A DNA stretch of 50,881 nt from an uncultured archaeon. GTDB lineage: Archaea > Asgardarchaeota > Thorarchaeia > Thorarchaeales > Thorarchaeaceae. The stretch covers positions 1 through 50,881 of the forward strand of contig CAZVZC010000010.1 in the NCBI GenBank assembly GCA_964631415.1, read 5' to 3'. The notes below the pieces were generated by a model, which had not been told where the DNA came from, searched no databases, and saw nothing but the letters and a program-made list of their open reading frames with translations. The translations under genes were made by a program, and so were the position numbers. Of this stretch, positions 9,409 to 19,883 are shown in pieces. How positions within the stretch are numbered: the stretch's first letter is position 1; each line of letters opens with the position of its first letter.

Positions 9409-11058
9409 ATGAGCCAGCAGCAGATACCAGTAATCGTACTCAAAGAAGGCACAGAAAGGAGCACTGGTCGCGATGCTCAGAGGAACAACATCATGGCAGC
9501 GATTGTGATCGCCGAGGCGGTCAAGTCTGCTCTTGGTCCGAAAGGCATGGACAAGATGCTCGTTGATTCCTTTGGTGATGTCACCGTGACCAATGACGGT
9601 GCAACAATCCTCAAGGAGATGGACGTCGCACACCCAGCGGCGAAGATGGTCATTGAGGTCAGCAAGACAGTCGACTCCGAAGTCGGCGATGGCACGACAT
9701 CGGCGGCCATCCTGACAGGCGAGCTTCTGAAGCAAGCGGAAACTCTTCTGGATCAGAAGATCCATCCGACAACAATCATAACGGGCTACAGGAAAGCAGC
9801 CGCGAAGGCGCTTGAGGTAGTAGATTCGGTGGCAGAGCCTGTCGACCCGGCAAGCCCGGTATTCAAAAAGCTTCTAGTCGATGTTGCCAAGACATCCATG
9901 TGCAGCAAATTCGTGTCTTCGTCAAAGGAAGGTCTAGCCGATGTTGCGGTAGAGGCAATCTTGGCCGTGAGCAAAGACCTTGCGCCTAGCACGGAGATTG
10001 ACATGGACAACATTCAGCGGCAGAAGCAGCATGGAATGTCTGTCGCCGCAACAGAGCTTGTGAGAGGCATCGTTCTTGACAAGGAGGTTATTCACTCAGG
10101 CATGCCTCTGAAAGTGGAGAATGCTCGGATTGCTCTCTTGGAGTGTGCTCTCGAGATCACAAAGACTGAGCTGACCGCAAAAATCGCGATCCATGATCCT
10201 GAGTCCATGCAGGGCTTCCTCAGTGAGGAGGAGAGGATGCTGAAGAGCATGGTCGACAAGGTCATCGAGTCTGGTGCCAACGTTGTTATCTGTCAAAAAG
10301 GCATTGACGATGTGGCACAACACTTCCTCGCAAAGAACGGCATCCTCGCAGTGAGGAGGATCAAGAAGTCGGACGTCGAGCGACTCCACAAGGCCACTGG
10401 GGCAACGATTGTGTCCAAGATCCATAACCTCACCAAGGCAGACCTCGGTAAGGCGAAGCTAGTCGAGCAGAGGAAGGTCGGTAACGACAAGATGCTGTTT
10501 GTTGAAGGCACACCCAAGTCAGCGGCCGTCACTCTGTTGATTAGAGGTAGTACCGAACACGTGGTGGACGAGGTCGACCGCGCTATGAATGATGCTCTGT
10601 ACGTCGTGCGTGATGTTATCATGAATCCCAAGATCAACTACGGAGGCGGTGCAATAGAGGCTGAAGTAGCACTCAAGCTGAGAGATTTCGCATCGACTCT
10701 GGAGGGACGTGAACAGTACGCTGTGAAGGCATTCGCAGATGCACTCGAGGTCATCCCCATAACTCTCGCAGAGAACGCAGGTCTTGACCCAGTCGACGTC
10801 CTAGTCGAGCTCAGGACAGCCCACACCGAGGGCAAGACCACATTTGGCATCGATATCGAGAAGGGCAAGGTAGCTGACATGAGGAGGACCCGCGTGATCG
10901 AACCGACTCTCGTGAAGAAGCAGGTGATTTCGTCAGCGGCTGAGGCCTCTCAGATGATCCTGAAGATTGACGATGTCATCAGCTCGAAGGGTAAGGGTGG
11001 ACTTGGCGGTGCTGGCGAGAAGGGCAAGAAGCCGGACCGCGAAATGGACGAGGACTAG
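9409..11058 (+). CDS. ths: Thermosome subunit (group II chaperonin)
   Basis: [35 protein letters not shown]. Confidence 0.97.
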   Translation: MSQQQIPVIVLKEGTERSTGRDAQRNNIMAAIVIAEAVKSALGPKGMDKMLVDSFGDVTVTNDGATILKEMDVAHPAAKMVIEVSKTVDSEVGDGTTSAAILTGELLKQAETLLDQKIHPTTIITGYRKAAAKALEVVDSVAEPVDPASPVFKKLLVDVAKTSMCSKFVSSSKEGLADVAVEAILAVSKDLAPSTEIDMDNIQRQKQHGMSVAATELVRGIVLDKEVIHSGMPLKVENARIALLECALEITKTELTAKIAIHDPESMQGFLSEEERMLKSMVDKVIESGANVVICQKGIDDVAQHFLAKNGILAVRRIKKSDVERLHKATGATIVSKIHNLTKADLGKAKLVEQRKVGNDKMLFVEGTPKSAAVTLLIRGSTEHVVDEVDRAMNDALYVVRDVIMNPKINYGGGAIEAEVALKLRDFASTLEGREQYAVKAFADALEVIPITLAENAGLDPVDVLVELRTAHTEGKTTFGIDIEKGKVADMRRTRVIEPTLVKKQVISSAAEASQMILKIDDVISSKGKGGLGGAGEKGKKPDREMDED

Positions 11059-11082
11059 AACAGCGGCAGAAAGGTGCAACTC

Positions 11083-11748
11083 ATGTCAGACGACTTCGAC
11101 AAGGACGAACCGGGTCCTGACGAATATGAAGAGGAACAAGAGCCGGCCTTTGTCCTGACACGTATCCCCGGTGTCGGGCCAAAGACAGCTGAGAAGCTTG
11201 TTGCCTCAGGGTACGGCGAAATCGCGAAGATCGCAGCTGTAGATGCTGAAACTCTCGCGGGTGCAGTACCAGGTCTCAGCAAGACAAAGGCTGAAGCTAT
11301 CGTCAGCGAGGCGCAAGCACTTGTCGAAGCAGTCTCTGAGGCTGCAGAGGCTGGCGAGAAGGCCAAGAAGACCAAACGGAAGAAGGCCACCGAAATCGAG
11401 CCTCAGAGAGTCGAACTCCCGCCAGCGACGGAGATTGCTCCGGACGAGCAGCCAAAATCGCTAGACACGGGATACGACAAGGAGAAGGTTGAGATGGGCA
11501 TTGGCACCGGGCTGAAATGGCTGTCTAAGTATGAGAAGGCCCGGGTCATTGGAGCCCGTGCCCTACAGATATCCATGGGTGCGCCCGTATTGATCGACAT
11601 GAGCACTGCTCCCAAAGGGCTGTTTGCTCTGGCTGAGGCCGAGCTGAGTGCAGGAGTCCTGCCGATGACAGTCAGGCGTACGCTACCAACTGGAGAGCAC
11701 TTCGACATTCCCCTCTCGGTTCTTCTTAAGAGCACGAGGCTGAGCTGA
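11083..11748 (+). CDS. rpoK: RNA polymerase subunit K (Rpo6) with an acidic and helix-hairpin-helix N-terminal extension
   Basis: C-terminal LSKYEKARVIGARALQISMGAP..AEL..LPMTVRR.LP; N-terminal IPGVGPKTAEKL...VPGLSKTKAEAI. Confidence 0.9.
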   Translation: MSDDFDKDEPGPDEYEEEQEPAFVLTRIPGVGPKTAEKLVASGYGEIAKIAAVDAETLAGAVPGLSKTKAEAIVSEAQALVEAVSEAAEAGEKAKKTKRKKATEIEPQRVELPPATEIAPDEQPKSLDTGYDKEKVEMGIGTGLKWLSKYEKARVIGARALQISMGAPVLIDMSTAPKGLFALAEAELSAGVLPMTVRRTLPTGEHFDIPLSVLLKSTRLS

Positions 11749-11865
11749 TTCTCAGCCTCTGCCCCACTCATTCTCGTATCAATCCTGCAACAAACCAAGA
11801 GAGGAGATAACAAAACGCCTTAAGAGCGATTAAGTGTGGCTCATAGGTCCGGATGGTGGTACTAC

Positions 11866-13206
11866 ATGCAGGGACTCTTCCTTCCTGAAGACCTCGTCAT
11901 CAGATGTCTGATTGGGTTCGCCGTAGGCGCACTCATAGGGCTAGAGAGACAGAAACGTATGACTGAGGAACTGTCCCTAGGTGTGAGATCATTCGGTTTG
12001 CATAGCCTTCTGGGCACACTGTCTGCCTACGTCTTCACATTATATGGAAACCCCTACGTGCTCATCTACGCGATTTGCATCTCCATCGTGCTGACTACAG
12101 TACAAGTCATATTCAAGCTGTTCAGGACGATGCGCAAAGGCCTGACCACTTCCCTCGCGTTCGCTTTGTCATTTGTGCTCGGAGCCATGGTTGGCCTTGA
12201 CACAACTCCATCATCTGTTCAGCTTATTGGCGTTCTGGAATTGCTAGCGATGACTGTCGCCTTCCTGGTGTTCTTGGTCCTCAGCTTTAAGGAAGAACTG
12301 ACTGCTGCCGTAGCATCAATCAGTCACGAAGAGATGATAGGAGCAGCAGAGTTCGGAGTACTCGTCCTCTTTCTCTGGCCAATCATGCTGCCGATTCAGA
12401 CGGTACAAATCGGTCTCGTTGCCTTCCCACTGTTTCAGACGTACATAATCATAGTCATTCTGCTGTCCATTCGGTTCACCTGCTACATACTCGTAAAGAA
12501 ATACAAGAGCCGGGGTCCGTACTTCTTTGGCTTCTTTGGTGGTTTTGCGAACAGCGAGGCGACAGCTTCAAGCATCACTGACTTCCACAACGCGACCCAA
12601 GAGAAGTTCCCGGGCAGGATGTCTCTAGCCATCATGCTTGACAACATCGCAATGGTGTTGAGAAACGGGATTCTGGTCGTCATCCTTGACCCAACTCTGA
12701 TGATATTCAGGTTGTACATTGGCCCACTGGCCATCCTTACAGTGGTTGGTACAATCAGGATGATTCATGAGCAGAAGAAGAGAGTGAAGCCCGAGTCAGA
12801 GGACATCGGTGTTGGGTTCGCGTCCCCCTTCTCCCTTCACGTGGCGCTGCGGTTTGCCCTCGTCTTCTCGGCAGTCACACTCCTAGCACTGTTCTTGGAG
12901 GAATCCATCGCTGGTTGGGGCATCATCTTTGCGGCAGTAGTCGGGGGCTTTGCTACTGCCGGAGCGATTGTCGCAGTAGCTTGTACTTCGTATGCTGCAG
13001 GTTCTCTGTATCTTGGGACCGCGGTGCTTGCAGTCATCATTGCCACTACTACGTCTGTGCTGAACAAGATCATCTATGTCTTTGTAGGGGACTACCAAGG
13101 TGACCGAACTCTGACATGGTATGTCGCAAAGGACTCGTTCGTTATGGTCGTGGGTGTAGTCATCTACATTTTACTGCTGCAGGCTGGCATCATCCCAATC
13201 GCATAG
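11866..13206 (+). CDS. MgtC/SapB + DUF4010 integral membrane protein
   Basis: GALIGLERQ..GVRSF, GLTT..A, GFFGGFANSEAT, PFSL..ALRFA; many TM segments. Confidence 0.85.
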   Translation: MQGLFLPEDLVIRCLIGFAVGALIGLERQKRMTEELSLGVRSFGLHSLLGTLSAYVFTLYGNPYVLIYAICISIVLTTVQVIFKLFRTMRKGLTTSLAFALSFVLGAMVGLDTTPSSVQLIGVLELLAMTVAFLVFLVLSFKEELTAAVASISHEEMIGAAEFGVLVLFLWPIMLPIQTVQIGLVAFPLFQTYIIIVILLSIRFTCYILVKKYKSRGPYFFGFFGGFANSEATASSITDFHNATQEKFPGRMSLAIMLDNIAMVLRNGILVVILDPTLMIFRLYIGPLAILTVVGTIRMIHEQKKRVKPESEDIGVGFASPFSLHVALRFALVFSAVTLLALFLEESIAGWGIIFAAVVGGFATAGAIVAVACTSYAAGSLYLGTAVLAVIIATTTSVLNKIIYVFVGDYQGDRTLTWYVAKDSFVMVVGVVIYILLLQAGIIPIA

Positions 13207-13363
13207 CCTTCCTCAAGCCAAGCGGAAGGCTTAAAGAACCAATGCGTGACAGTCAGTCAGGTGACAACGTGACCGGTCGTGGATCTGTTCATACTGGTTT
13301 CTGAATTCTCCAGGACAGACCAGACCTCACTTGATTTCGTCAACACTCCGGGAGGATCATACT

Positions 13364-14668
13364 TTGAGTGAGATGAGAGTAGTACGGGGTATGAGAGACC
13401 TGATGGGCCCCGAGATGTACATCAGTGACTATCTGATTGAAACAGCCGTCAAGGTGTTCCGGCTCTTCAACTATGAACCTCTAGACTCTCCTGTGCTTGA
13501 GCTTTGGGAAACGCTCGCAGCCAAGGGAGGCGAGGAAGTCGAGTCTGATACCTTCAAGTTCACAGACAAGGGCGGACGCGAAGTCGGTCTTAGATTCGAT
13601 CTCACAGTCCCGCTAGCAAGAATCGTTGCGACAAATCCCCATCTCCTCAAGCCGTTCAAGAGGTATGCTATTGGCAAGGCGTGGCGATACGACAGGCCTC
13701 AGGCAGGTCGTTACAGAGAGTTCACTCAAGCAGATGTGGACATCATTGGTGCGAGCAGTCCCGCAGCTGATGCCGAAGTGGTCCTAGTGGCATTGGAATT
13801 CTTCAGAAGGATCCTCGAGAAGGACTACGTGGTTCGGATCAACAACAGGAAGGTCCTCAAGGGCTTGACCGAGAAGGCAAGCATTCCTGATTCACTCGCG
13901 TACGAGTGCTTCAGGGCAATTGACAAGCTTGACAAGATAGGACGAGATGGAGTACTAGAGGAACTCAGGAATAGAGGGATAGATGCCAAGCAGAGTGACT
14001 TCCTTCTCGACAACATAGCACTCAAAGGCAAAGGTGCTGATATCCTTGAGGAGTTCAGGGAGCTTCTGAAAGGATCCGAGATGGGATTGCGCGGAGTTGA
14101 CGAATTGCGCATCATGGCAGATATATTCGAAACCGCCAATGTGACTGATGTGACTGAGTTCGATATGTCACTCGCTCGAGGTCTCGACTACTACACTGGA
14201 CCTGTCTTCGAGGGTCAATACCTTGGAGAGCCACGTGTCGGTTCGGTGGCCGGTGGTGGTCGCTATGATAACCTCATTGAGAAGCTTGGCGGAGTAGCTA
14301 GCCCTGCGACGGGCATCTCACTTGGAATCGGCAGACTCATCGATGTCATGCTCGCCAAAGGACTCGGAGAAACTCTAGCTCCCAGACTCGACGCGCTTAT
14401 CGCACCAATCACAGCCTCTGTGTTGGCAAATGGCATGAAGATCATGGGTGACCTCGTGAGAGCAGGCATCTCATGTGAGATTGACCTCATGGAGAGAAAC
14501 CTCAAGAAGCTCCTCGAGCAGGCCGACTCGAAAAGAGCTAGGTACGTCGTGATAGTGGGCGAGCGCGACCTCAAGAAAGGAGAGGTCAGTCTACGTGACA
14601 TGACGACCAAGGTAACCCGACAGGTCAAACTTGATAGCCTCGTGGAGTCATTTGGACAGAAGAGCTAG
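13364..14668 (+). CDS. hisS: Histidine--tRNA ligase
   Basis: RGMRD, LRFDLTVP, WRYDRPQAGRYREFTQADVD, ARGLDYYTG, GGGRYD, anticodon domain; TTG start 7 nt after GGAGGA. Confidence 0.97.
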   Translation: MSEMRVVRGMRDLMGPEMYISDYLIETAVKVFRLFNYEPLDSPVLELWETLAAKGGEEVESDTFKFTDKGGREVGLRFDLTVPLARIVATNPHLLKPFKRYAIGKAWRYDRPQAGRYREFTQADVDIIGASSPAADAEVVLVALEFFRRILEKDYVVRINNRKVLKGLTEKASIPDSLAYECFRAIDKLDKIGRDGVLEELRNRGIDAKQSDFLLDNIALKGKGADILEEFRELLKGSEMGLRGVDELRIMADIFETANVTDVTEFDMSLARGLDYYTGPVFEGQYLGEPRVGSVAGGGRYDNLIEKLGGVASPATGISLGIGRLIDVMLAKGLGETLAPRLDALIAPITASVLANGMKIMGDLVRAGISCEIDLMERNLKKLLEQADSKRARYVVIVGERDLKKGEVSLRDMTTKVTRQVKLDSLVESFGQKS

Positions 14669-14773
14669 GATTGAGGTTCTGACAGTGAGTTGCCTAGTGA
14701 ACGCTGCCATGCCCCTGTCCGGCCACCAATGCATTTTTCTCATACGATGCAGCTGAGATACGAGGGTCTGTTT

Positions 14774-15613
14774 ATGACACGCATACCGGTTGTCGCAGGA
14801 TCATTCTACGAGGGACAGTCAGACATACTCCTCAAGCGTTTGGCGAACTCTTTCCTCAAGGGTCTCGGACCAGGGAAGCTCCCTGAAGGCGAGCCTGGCA
14901 ATTCGAGGAAACTCAAGGCGATTGTTTCTCCTCATGCTGGCTATATGTACTCAGGAATGCCTGCAGCCCACAGCTATCTCAGGCTCTTCGAGGACGGAAG
15001 ACCAGAACACATAGTCATCCTCGGACCAAACCATACCGGCAGGGGTGGTCGACTTGCTGTCTGTGACGAGGACTGGGAAACACCGCTGGGCATTGTCAAA
15101 TACGACCGGCAGCTCGGCCAACAGATCATGGACCAGAACAAGATCGCCGAGATAGACTGTGTTGCACACAGTGCTGAGCATTCGATTGAAGTTCAGCTCC
15201 CGTTTCTCCAGTTCATATTCAGGAAGGGGCTCAGCTTCGTACCCGTGTGCATAAGCGATCAGAGCTATGAAGTGTGCGAGTCGATTGGGAAGACTTTAGC
15301 GAAGCTCGGGGAAAAGATGGACATTCTGGTAGTGGCAAGCTCGGACTTCACTCATTTCGAGACTGCTGAGAGTGCCAAGAAGAAGGACAACCAGGCATTA
15401 GAGTATCTGGAGAACATGGACCCCGAGGGGTTCCTTCGGTTTGTCAGGGGTCATGGACTCAGCATCTGCGGTGCTGGTCCGATTGCAGCGGCCATGGTAT
15501 TCGCCATTCAGCGAGGGGCCACTGAGTTCAAAGTGCTGAAGTACACAAACTCAGGTGAAGTGACTGGGGACAAGGGTCACGTTGTAGCCTATTGCGCCGC
15601 TGAGATCCTGTAG
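14774..15613 (+). CDS. amrB: MEMO1 family protein (AmmeMemoRadiSam system protein B)
   Basis: VAGSFY, PHAGYMYSG, GPNHTG, EHSIEVQLPFLQ, ASSDFTH, CGAGP. Confidence 0.92.
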   Translation: MTRIPVVAGSFYEGQSDILLKRLANSFLKGLGPGKLPEGEPGNSRKLKAIVSPHAGYMYSGMPAAHSYLRLFEDGRPEHIVILGPNHTGRGGRLAVCDEDWETPLGIVKYDRQLGQQIMDQNKIAEIDCVAHSAEHSIEVQLPFLQFIFRKGLSFVPVCISDQSYEVCESIGKTLAKLGEKMDILVVASSDFTHFETAESAKKKDNQALEYLENMDPEGFLRFVRGHGLSICGAGPIAAAMVFAIQRGATEFKVLKYTNSGEVTGDKGHVVAYCAAEIL

Positions 15614-16915
15614 CTAGTCGACGCTGCTGTCCGAGCGCCTTTCACCTTGACTGCCTTCTTCGGCTTCGCTCCCGTGTCTGACGACCTTGTCTGGAAGCAA
15701 TGCCGCACCGCATAGTGCACCGATTAGGGACACGATGTACCCCAACGCAAGGCTCTCAGTGGCGACGCCGCTGCTCTCGTACAAGAACCCGCCAAGCAGA
15801 GGAGCCACGACATATCCGCTGTTGCTGACGGCACCAAAGACCCCCATGACTGAGCCATAGACACGCTTGTCCGTGAGGTCCGCAATCATAGCCTGAGTGG
15901 TGGGTCCTCTCATCGATACTGCTAGACCCAAGACCACACCGGCCTCAACGAAGCTGATGATGTCCGACCCAATCATGAACATGAAGAGTGACAATGCCCC
16001 CAACAACGATCCAAGGACTATCAGCCACTTCCGCCCCACTCGGTCCGATATCATTCCGAACCCGATGTTACCCACGATCATGATTAGGCCAATGACCCCA
16101 AAGAAGAGCCCTATGGTCAGTGGTGTCACATTGAACCGGGAAACCGCATCTAGTATGAAGGCAACTTGGAGGATTCCAACTGCGAAGACATTGGCGAAGA
16201 CTGACAGACCCAGCGCGGCGTACGCTTTCGGTTTCAGTGAGAGGATCTGCATGACGGGGAGATGGTCACTACTGCGGTCAGGATGGCCTAGACGTGTTTG
16301 TGGCTCGGTCACCAGAGTCTGCAGAGCCATGAGGGTCACCAAGGCCAGCATTGCTGTGATGATGAAAGGCAGCCTGATCCCCAGGAACTCTGCCAGCACG
16401 CCGCCCAGTGTGGGGCCTACAATGAAACCGACCATATTGCCTATGCCCAAGTAGCCCATCGCTTTTCCTCTGTTGGTGGGTGTCGTCACGTCGGCAACGA
16501 AGGCGTTTGCTGCAGGGAAGAACCCGGCCGACACGGCCCCCTCGCCGAAACGTGCCACAGTCATGATGACCACATTGCCTGCAAAGGCATAGACCACATT
16601 TGCTGCCGCGAACCCCATCAGAGAGAATGCCAGCACAGGCTTCCGTCCTACCCGATCCGACATATGGCCGAAAGGCCCTGCGAAGAGGATTTGCGCAATC
16701 GCAAACGATGCAGTGAGTATACCCAGCTCAATGCCCCCGACCCCCAGTGAGATCACATAGTAGGGAAAGATGGGTGTCACAATTCCAAAGCCCATTTGAA
16801 GTATGCTGAGCGAAACCGCAAGCATCAGCACCTGATGCAGTTCTCCGCCCACAGTGCTCCTTCTGGAAGCCTCTGTATCCACAGCCCTGTGGTCACCGAA
16901 CTCGATGTCGCCCAA
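15614..16915 (-). CDS. MFS transporter (DHA1/TetA-like)
   Basis: 12 TM segments; motif A GHMSDRVGRK and GMISDRVGRK; RGKAMG. Confidence 0.9.
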   Translation of the reverse strand: MGDIEFGDHRAVDTEASRRSTVGGELHQVLMLAVSLSILQMGFGIVTPIFPYYVISLGVGGIELGILTASFAIAQILFAGPFGHMSDRVGRKPVLAFSLMGFAAANVVYAFAGNVVIMTVARFGEGAVSAGFFPAANAFVADVTTPTNRGKAMGYLGIGNMVGFIVGPTLGGVLAEFLGIRLPFIITAMLALVTLMALQTLVTEPQTRLGHPDRSSDHLPVMQILSLKPKAYAALGLSVFANVFAVGILQVAFILDAVSRFNVTPLTIGLFFGVIGLIMIVGNIGFGMISDRVGRKWLIVLGSLLGALSLFMFMIGSDIISFVEAGVVLGLAVSMRGPTTQAMIADLTDKRVYGSVMGVFGAVSNSGYVVAPLLGGFLYESSGVATESLALGYIVSLIGALCGAALLPDKVVRHGSEAEEGSQGERRSDSSVD

Positions 16916-16982
16916 CAGTTGCGCCTTCGCCGGGCCGTCAGCCGTTCCTTTTGAGGCTTGTCACTTGCCCATTCAGGCTGAA

Positions 16983-17519
16983 TCACTTCTCGATAATGAC
17001 CCGGCTTACGCCTTTTATCGCTGTTAGGGCCTGAATGATAGAACCAGACAAGGGCTCTTGGGTGATCACTTTCAAACACGGGTCCTTGTAGATTGCGACG
17101 TCCTCAGCAATCACCTGTCTAATTGGAATGCCATAGCCTGCAATTGTGGTCGCTACTTCAGAGAGAATCCCTGGAAGCTCAGGCGACTCGACATATATCG
17201 TCACGACACCATAACCCAAAAATCTGCTCACTTTCTCCAAAGATGGACCAGCAGGTTGGAGTCGGGAGAAGAATTCGTACAGCTTGGGACTAGCACAGAT
17301 GACAGCGGTGGTCGCACGCACTGTGCGCCTGTCAACGTTGAGTGCGTCTGCCATTGACTTCATTGGAATCCTTATTGACCTGCATTTCACAACACCGGGC
17401 GACTCGACATGAAAGCCATGACGAATTATGGCGTGGGCTACCTTAAGCTGCCCTGGTGATTCGTGGAACTGTTCGACGATTGTGCGCCACATCACATGGT
17501 CATTGCGATGGTCGGTCAT
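16983..17519 (-). CDS. ACT-domain regulator of amino acid metabolism (COG2150-like)
   Basis: HTH-like MADALNVDRRTV; ACT PGILSEVA..IA.YGI.IRQ. Confidence 0.82.
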   Translation of the reverse strand: MTDHRNDHVMWRTIVEQFHESPGQLKVAHAIIRHGFHVESPGVVKCRSIRIPMKSMADALNVDRRTVRATTAVICASPKLYEFFSRLQPAGPSLEKVSRFLGYGVVTIYVESPELPGILSEVATTIAGYGIPIRQVIAEDVAIYKDPCLKVITQEPLSGSIIQALTAIKGVSRVIIEK

Positions 17520-18051
17520 CCGCTACGAGCTCCTTTTCCATAAGGATTTCATCGATATATCCCTTCGGCATCTTGAACTGATTCCTGCGGACGCCGACCA
17601 GACGATAACCCAGAGAGGTGTACAGAGCAAGTGCGGCCTCGTTGTCGTTGAAAGTGCTTAAGACAATCTTCTCGTACTGCCTTTTGAGAGCGAACTCTTC
17701 GGCACTCCTCATAAGACTCCTCCCGACACCTTGCTGCCTGTGCCTTTTTGCGACGATGATTCCGAGCTTTGCGACGTGTCTAGAGGCCATCCACTCTTCA
17801 GGCTGAAGAGTCAGGTGGCCTGCGTACTGGCCCCCTATCTCCGCGACAAGGATGACCTCACAGCCTGAGGATGCCCTCTGAATCCAGTTCATCCAGTCAG
17901 TTACAGTCGCAGTCGATACGAAGGTAGGCAACCACTGACCCTCGTTCACTACATCGCAGAACGCATCATGGAGTGCCTTCGCATCGTTCACACCCGCCTG
18001 ACGAACAGTGACCGATCGACCGTCCTCTGACTGGTAACTCCACATGTTCAA
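17500..18051 (-). CDS. GNAT family N-acetyltransferase
   Basis: HVAKLGIIV..HRQQGVGRSLM, NEAALALY.SLGY, DEILM; overlaps the ACT gene start. Confidence 0.88.
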   Translation of the reverse strand: MNMWSYQSEDGRSVTVRQAGVNDAKALHDAFCDVVNEGQWLPTFVSTATVTDWMNWIQRASSGCEVILVAEIGGQYAGHLTLQPEEWMASRHVAKLGIIVAKRHRQQGVGRSLMRSAEEFALKRQYEKIVLSTFNDNEAALALYTSLGYRLVGVRRNQFKMPKGYIDEILMEKELVADDRPSQ

Positions 18052-18146
18052 GGGAAGACCTCTTTACCAGTCAGCCGGCGAGGATACAAAAAGGCTTGTG
18101 GTCTGACCAGTCTGTTCGGGCATTGACTTAGATTCCTGACGGTATG

Positions 18147-19136
18147 CTAGAAGCCCGATGGCCGACCACAGGAGTCCATAGCAGTCGATGGTGACTGAGA
18201 TTCAGGACTCTCTCTTCGCGTCAGGCCAGACCACACGACGTTTTTCAGTCCTTCTTGCCGGGCCACTTCAGCTAGGTGCTCCATCGTTGCCCTCGGAAGT
18301 GGTTCAAGCCCTTTCAGAGGATACTCTAGGCCGAAGAGAGCATACTTGTCTACGCACATGTTGTTGAATGCCAGAAGCTCATAGCGCTCTACTCGAGGCA
18401 TGCTCTTCACAATGAACCTGGCAATCCCCCGGATGTTCGCTTCGTCATCGGTGTGGTTTGGTATCACAGGGGTCCTCACCCAAGTGGGCACATCCTTTGA
18501 GGCTACCAAGCGTGCATTGACAAGCACGCTCTTCAAAGGAACACCTGTGTACTTGACATGCTTCTCAGGATCCATCTGCTTCAGGTCGTACATCACGAGG
18601 TCCACAGATGATATCATCATCTCCATGACCTTCTTGCTGCAGTAACCAGAGGTTTCAATGGCGACGTGCACACCCTCTCTTCGCAGCCCCAACGCAACCT
18701 CAGACGCGAACTCGGGTTGGTATGAGGGTTCACCACCAGACAGCGTGACGCCACCACCCGAGGTCGCGAAGAAGACCTTGTCGCTCAGCAAATCCGTGAC
18801 GAGCTCATCAGACTTCCAAAGTCTGCCCATCACCCTCATTGCGTTCGTTGGGCAGGCGGCTTCGCAGTCGCCACAAGCAGTACACTTGGTGCGGTCAATC
18901 TTGATGCCGCTGGGTGTAAGCTCAAGGGCATGTTCTGGACAGGCTCGCACGCAGCTCTGGTCACCGATGCACTTTACGGCGTACCAGACGAGTTGCGGCT
19001 TTGGGTCAATGTTCTCAATGTTATGACACCACAGACATCTCAAAGGGCAGCCCTTGAGGAATACAGTTGTGCGGATACCTGGCCCGTCCTCTGTTGAACA
19101 CCGCTGGATATTCGTGACAACACCTGTGACGGCCAT
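18147..19136 (-). CDS. Glycyl-radical enzyme activating protein (radical SAM with ferredoxin insert)
   Basis: DGPGIRTTVFLKGCPLRCLWCHN, ferredoxin motifs CIGDQSCVRACP and CTACGDCEAACP, GVTLSGGEP. Confidence 0.92.
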   Translation of the reverse strand: MAVTGVVTNIQRCSTEDGPGIRTTVFLKGCPLRCLWCHNIENIDPKPQLVWYAVKCIGDQSCVRACPEHALELTPSGIKIDRTKCTACGDCEAACPTNAMRVMGRLWKSDELVTDLLSDKVFFATSGGGVTLSGGEPSYQPEFASEVALGLRREGVHVAIETSGYCSKKVMEMMISSVDLVMYDLKQMDPEKHVKYTGVPLKSVLVNARLVASKDVPTWVRTPVIPNHTDDEANIRGIARFIVKSMPRVERYELLAFNNMCVDKYALFGLEYPLKGLEPLPRATMEHLAEVARQEGLKNVVWSGLTRRESPESQSPSTAMDSCGRPSGF

Positions 19137-19254
19137 CCGAGTCGGTCCTCCTCTGTCAGACCCTGTTCAGGGACAACAACGTTCCACGTAAAGTTGACGC
19201 TGTGTCTTTGAACTGGCGTTCGCATCCAAAACAGCCTGCAAGTTTCCAGACAAT

Positions 19255-19545
19255 TCATCTGAAAGGTCCGGTCTTCCAAGCCCACAGTGTTTCCTTTGAG
19301 TAGCCTGTGGGGAGTATGTATGCCAGAAGGCCCACCACGACGAATAGCAGTCCAATCAAGAACATGGGCACCACCAGGCCTTCGCTATCTTGAAGCATCT
19401 CCGGATGACCGGCCATTGCCCAAACAGAGTCAGCCAACGACAGCAGGAAGACCACAGCAATCGCAACGAGTCCGACTGCAAGCAGATTTTTCGCCCCCCG
19501 GCGCCGCCTTTTCAGGGAACCAGATTCCAAAGGACTCTCCTCCAT
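19255..19545 (-). CDS. Small 2-TM membrane protein
   Basis: Basic stretch followed by two hydrophobic helices; start uncertain. Confidence 0.55.
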   Translation of the reverse strand: MEESPLESGSLKRRRRGAKNLLAVGLVAIAVVFLLSLADSVWAMAGHPEMLQDSEGLVVPMFLIGLLFVVVGLLAYILPTGYSKETLWAWKTGPFR

Positions 19546-19883
19546 GCCAATTCCAATCGTCCGCATGTTTCTCCACATGTGACTCAATAAGGTTTTCGAC
19601 CTACAGTCTGGAGGATGATTGCGAACCGGGCCTCCCAAGAGGACCACGACAGACACTTGTCGCTTCAAATCGGCGGGATTGCCCAACCGTTCCACAAGTG
19701 AAACTCTGAATACTCCTGACATATCATGGCCCCCAATCCAAGTCCTGCGGTTGTACTGTTCTCAAAGACATGGCTAACCGCTGGCCTCCATCCACAGAAG
19801 GTTCTTGAGCACAGCGCTCAGATGACGAGATAGATATTCCCCACTGAATAGGAGCTGCCGAGGCTCAGGGAGCAAGAATCAGC

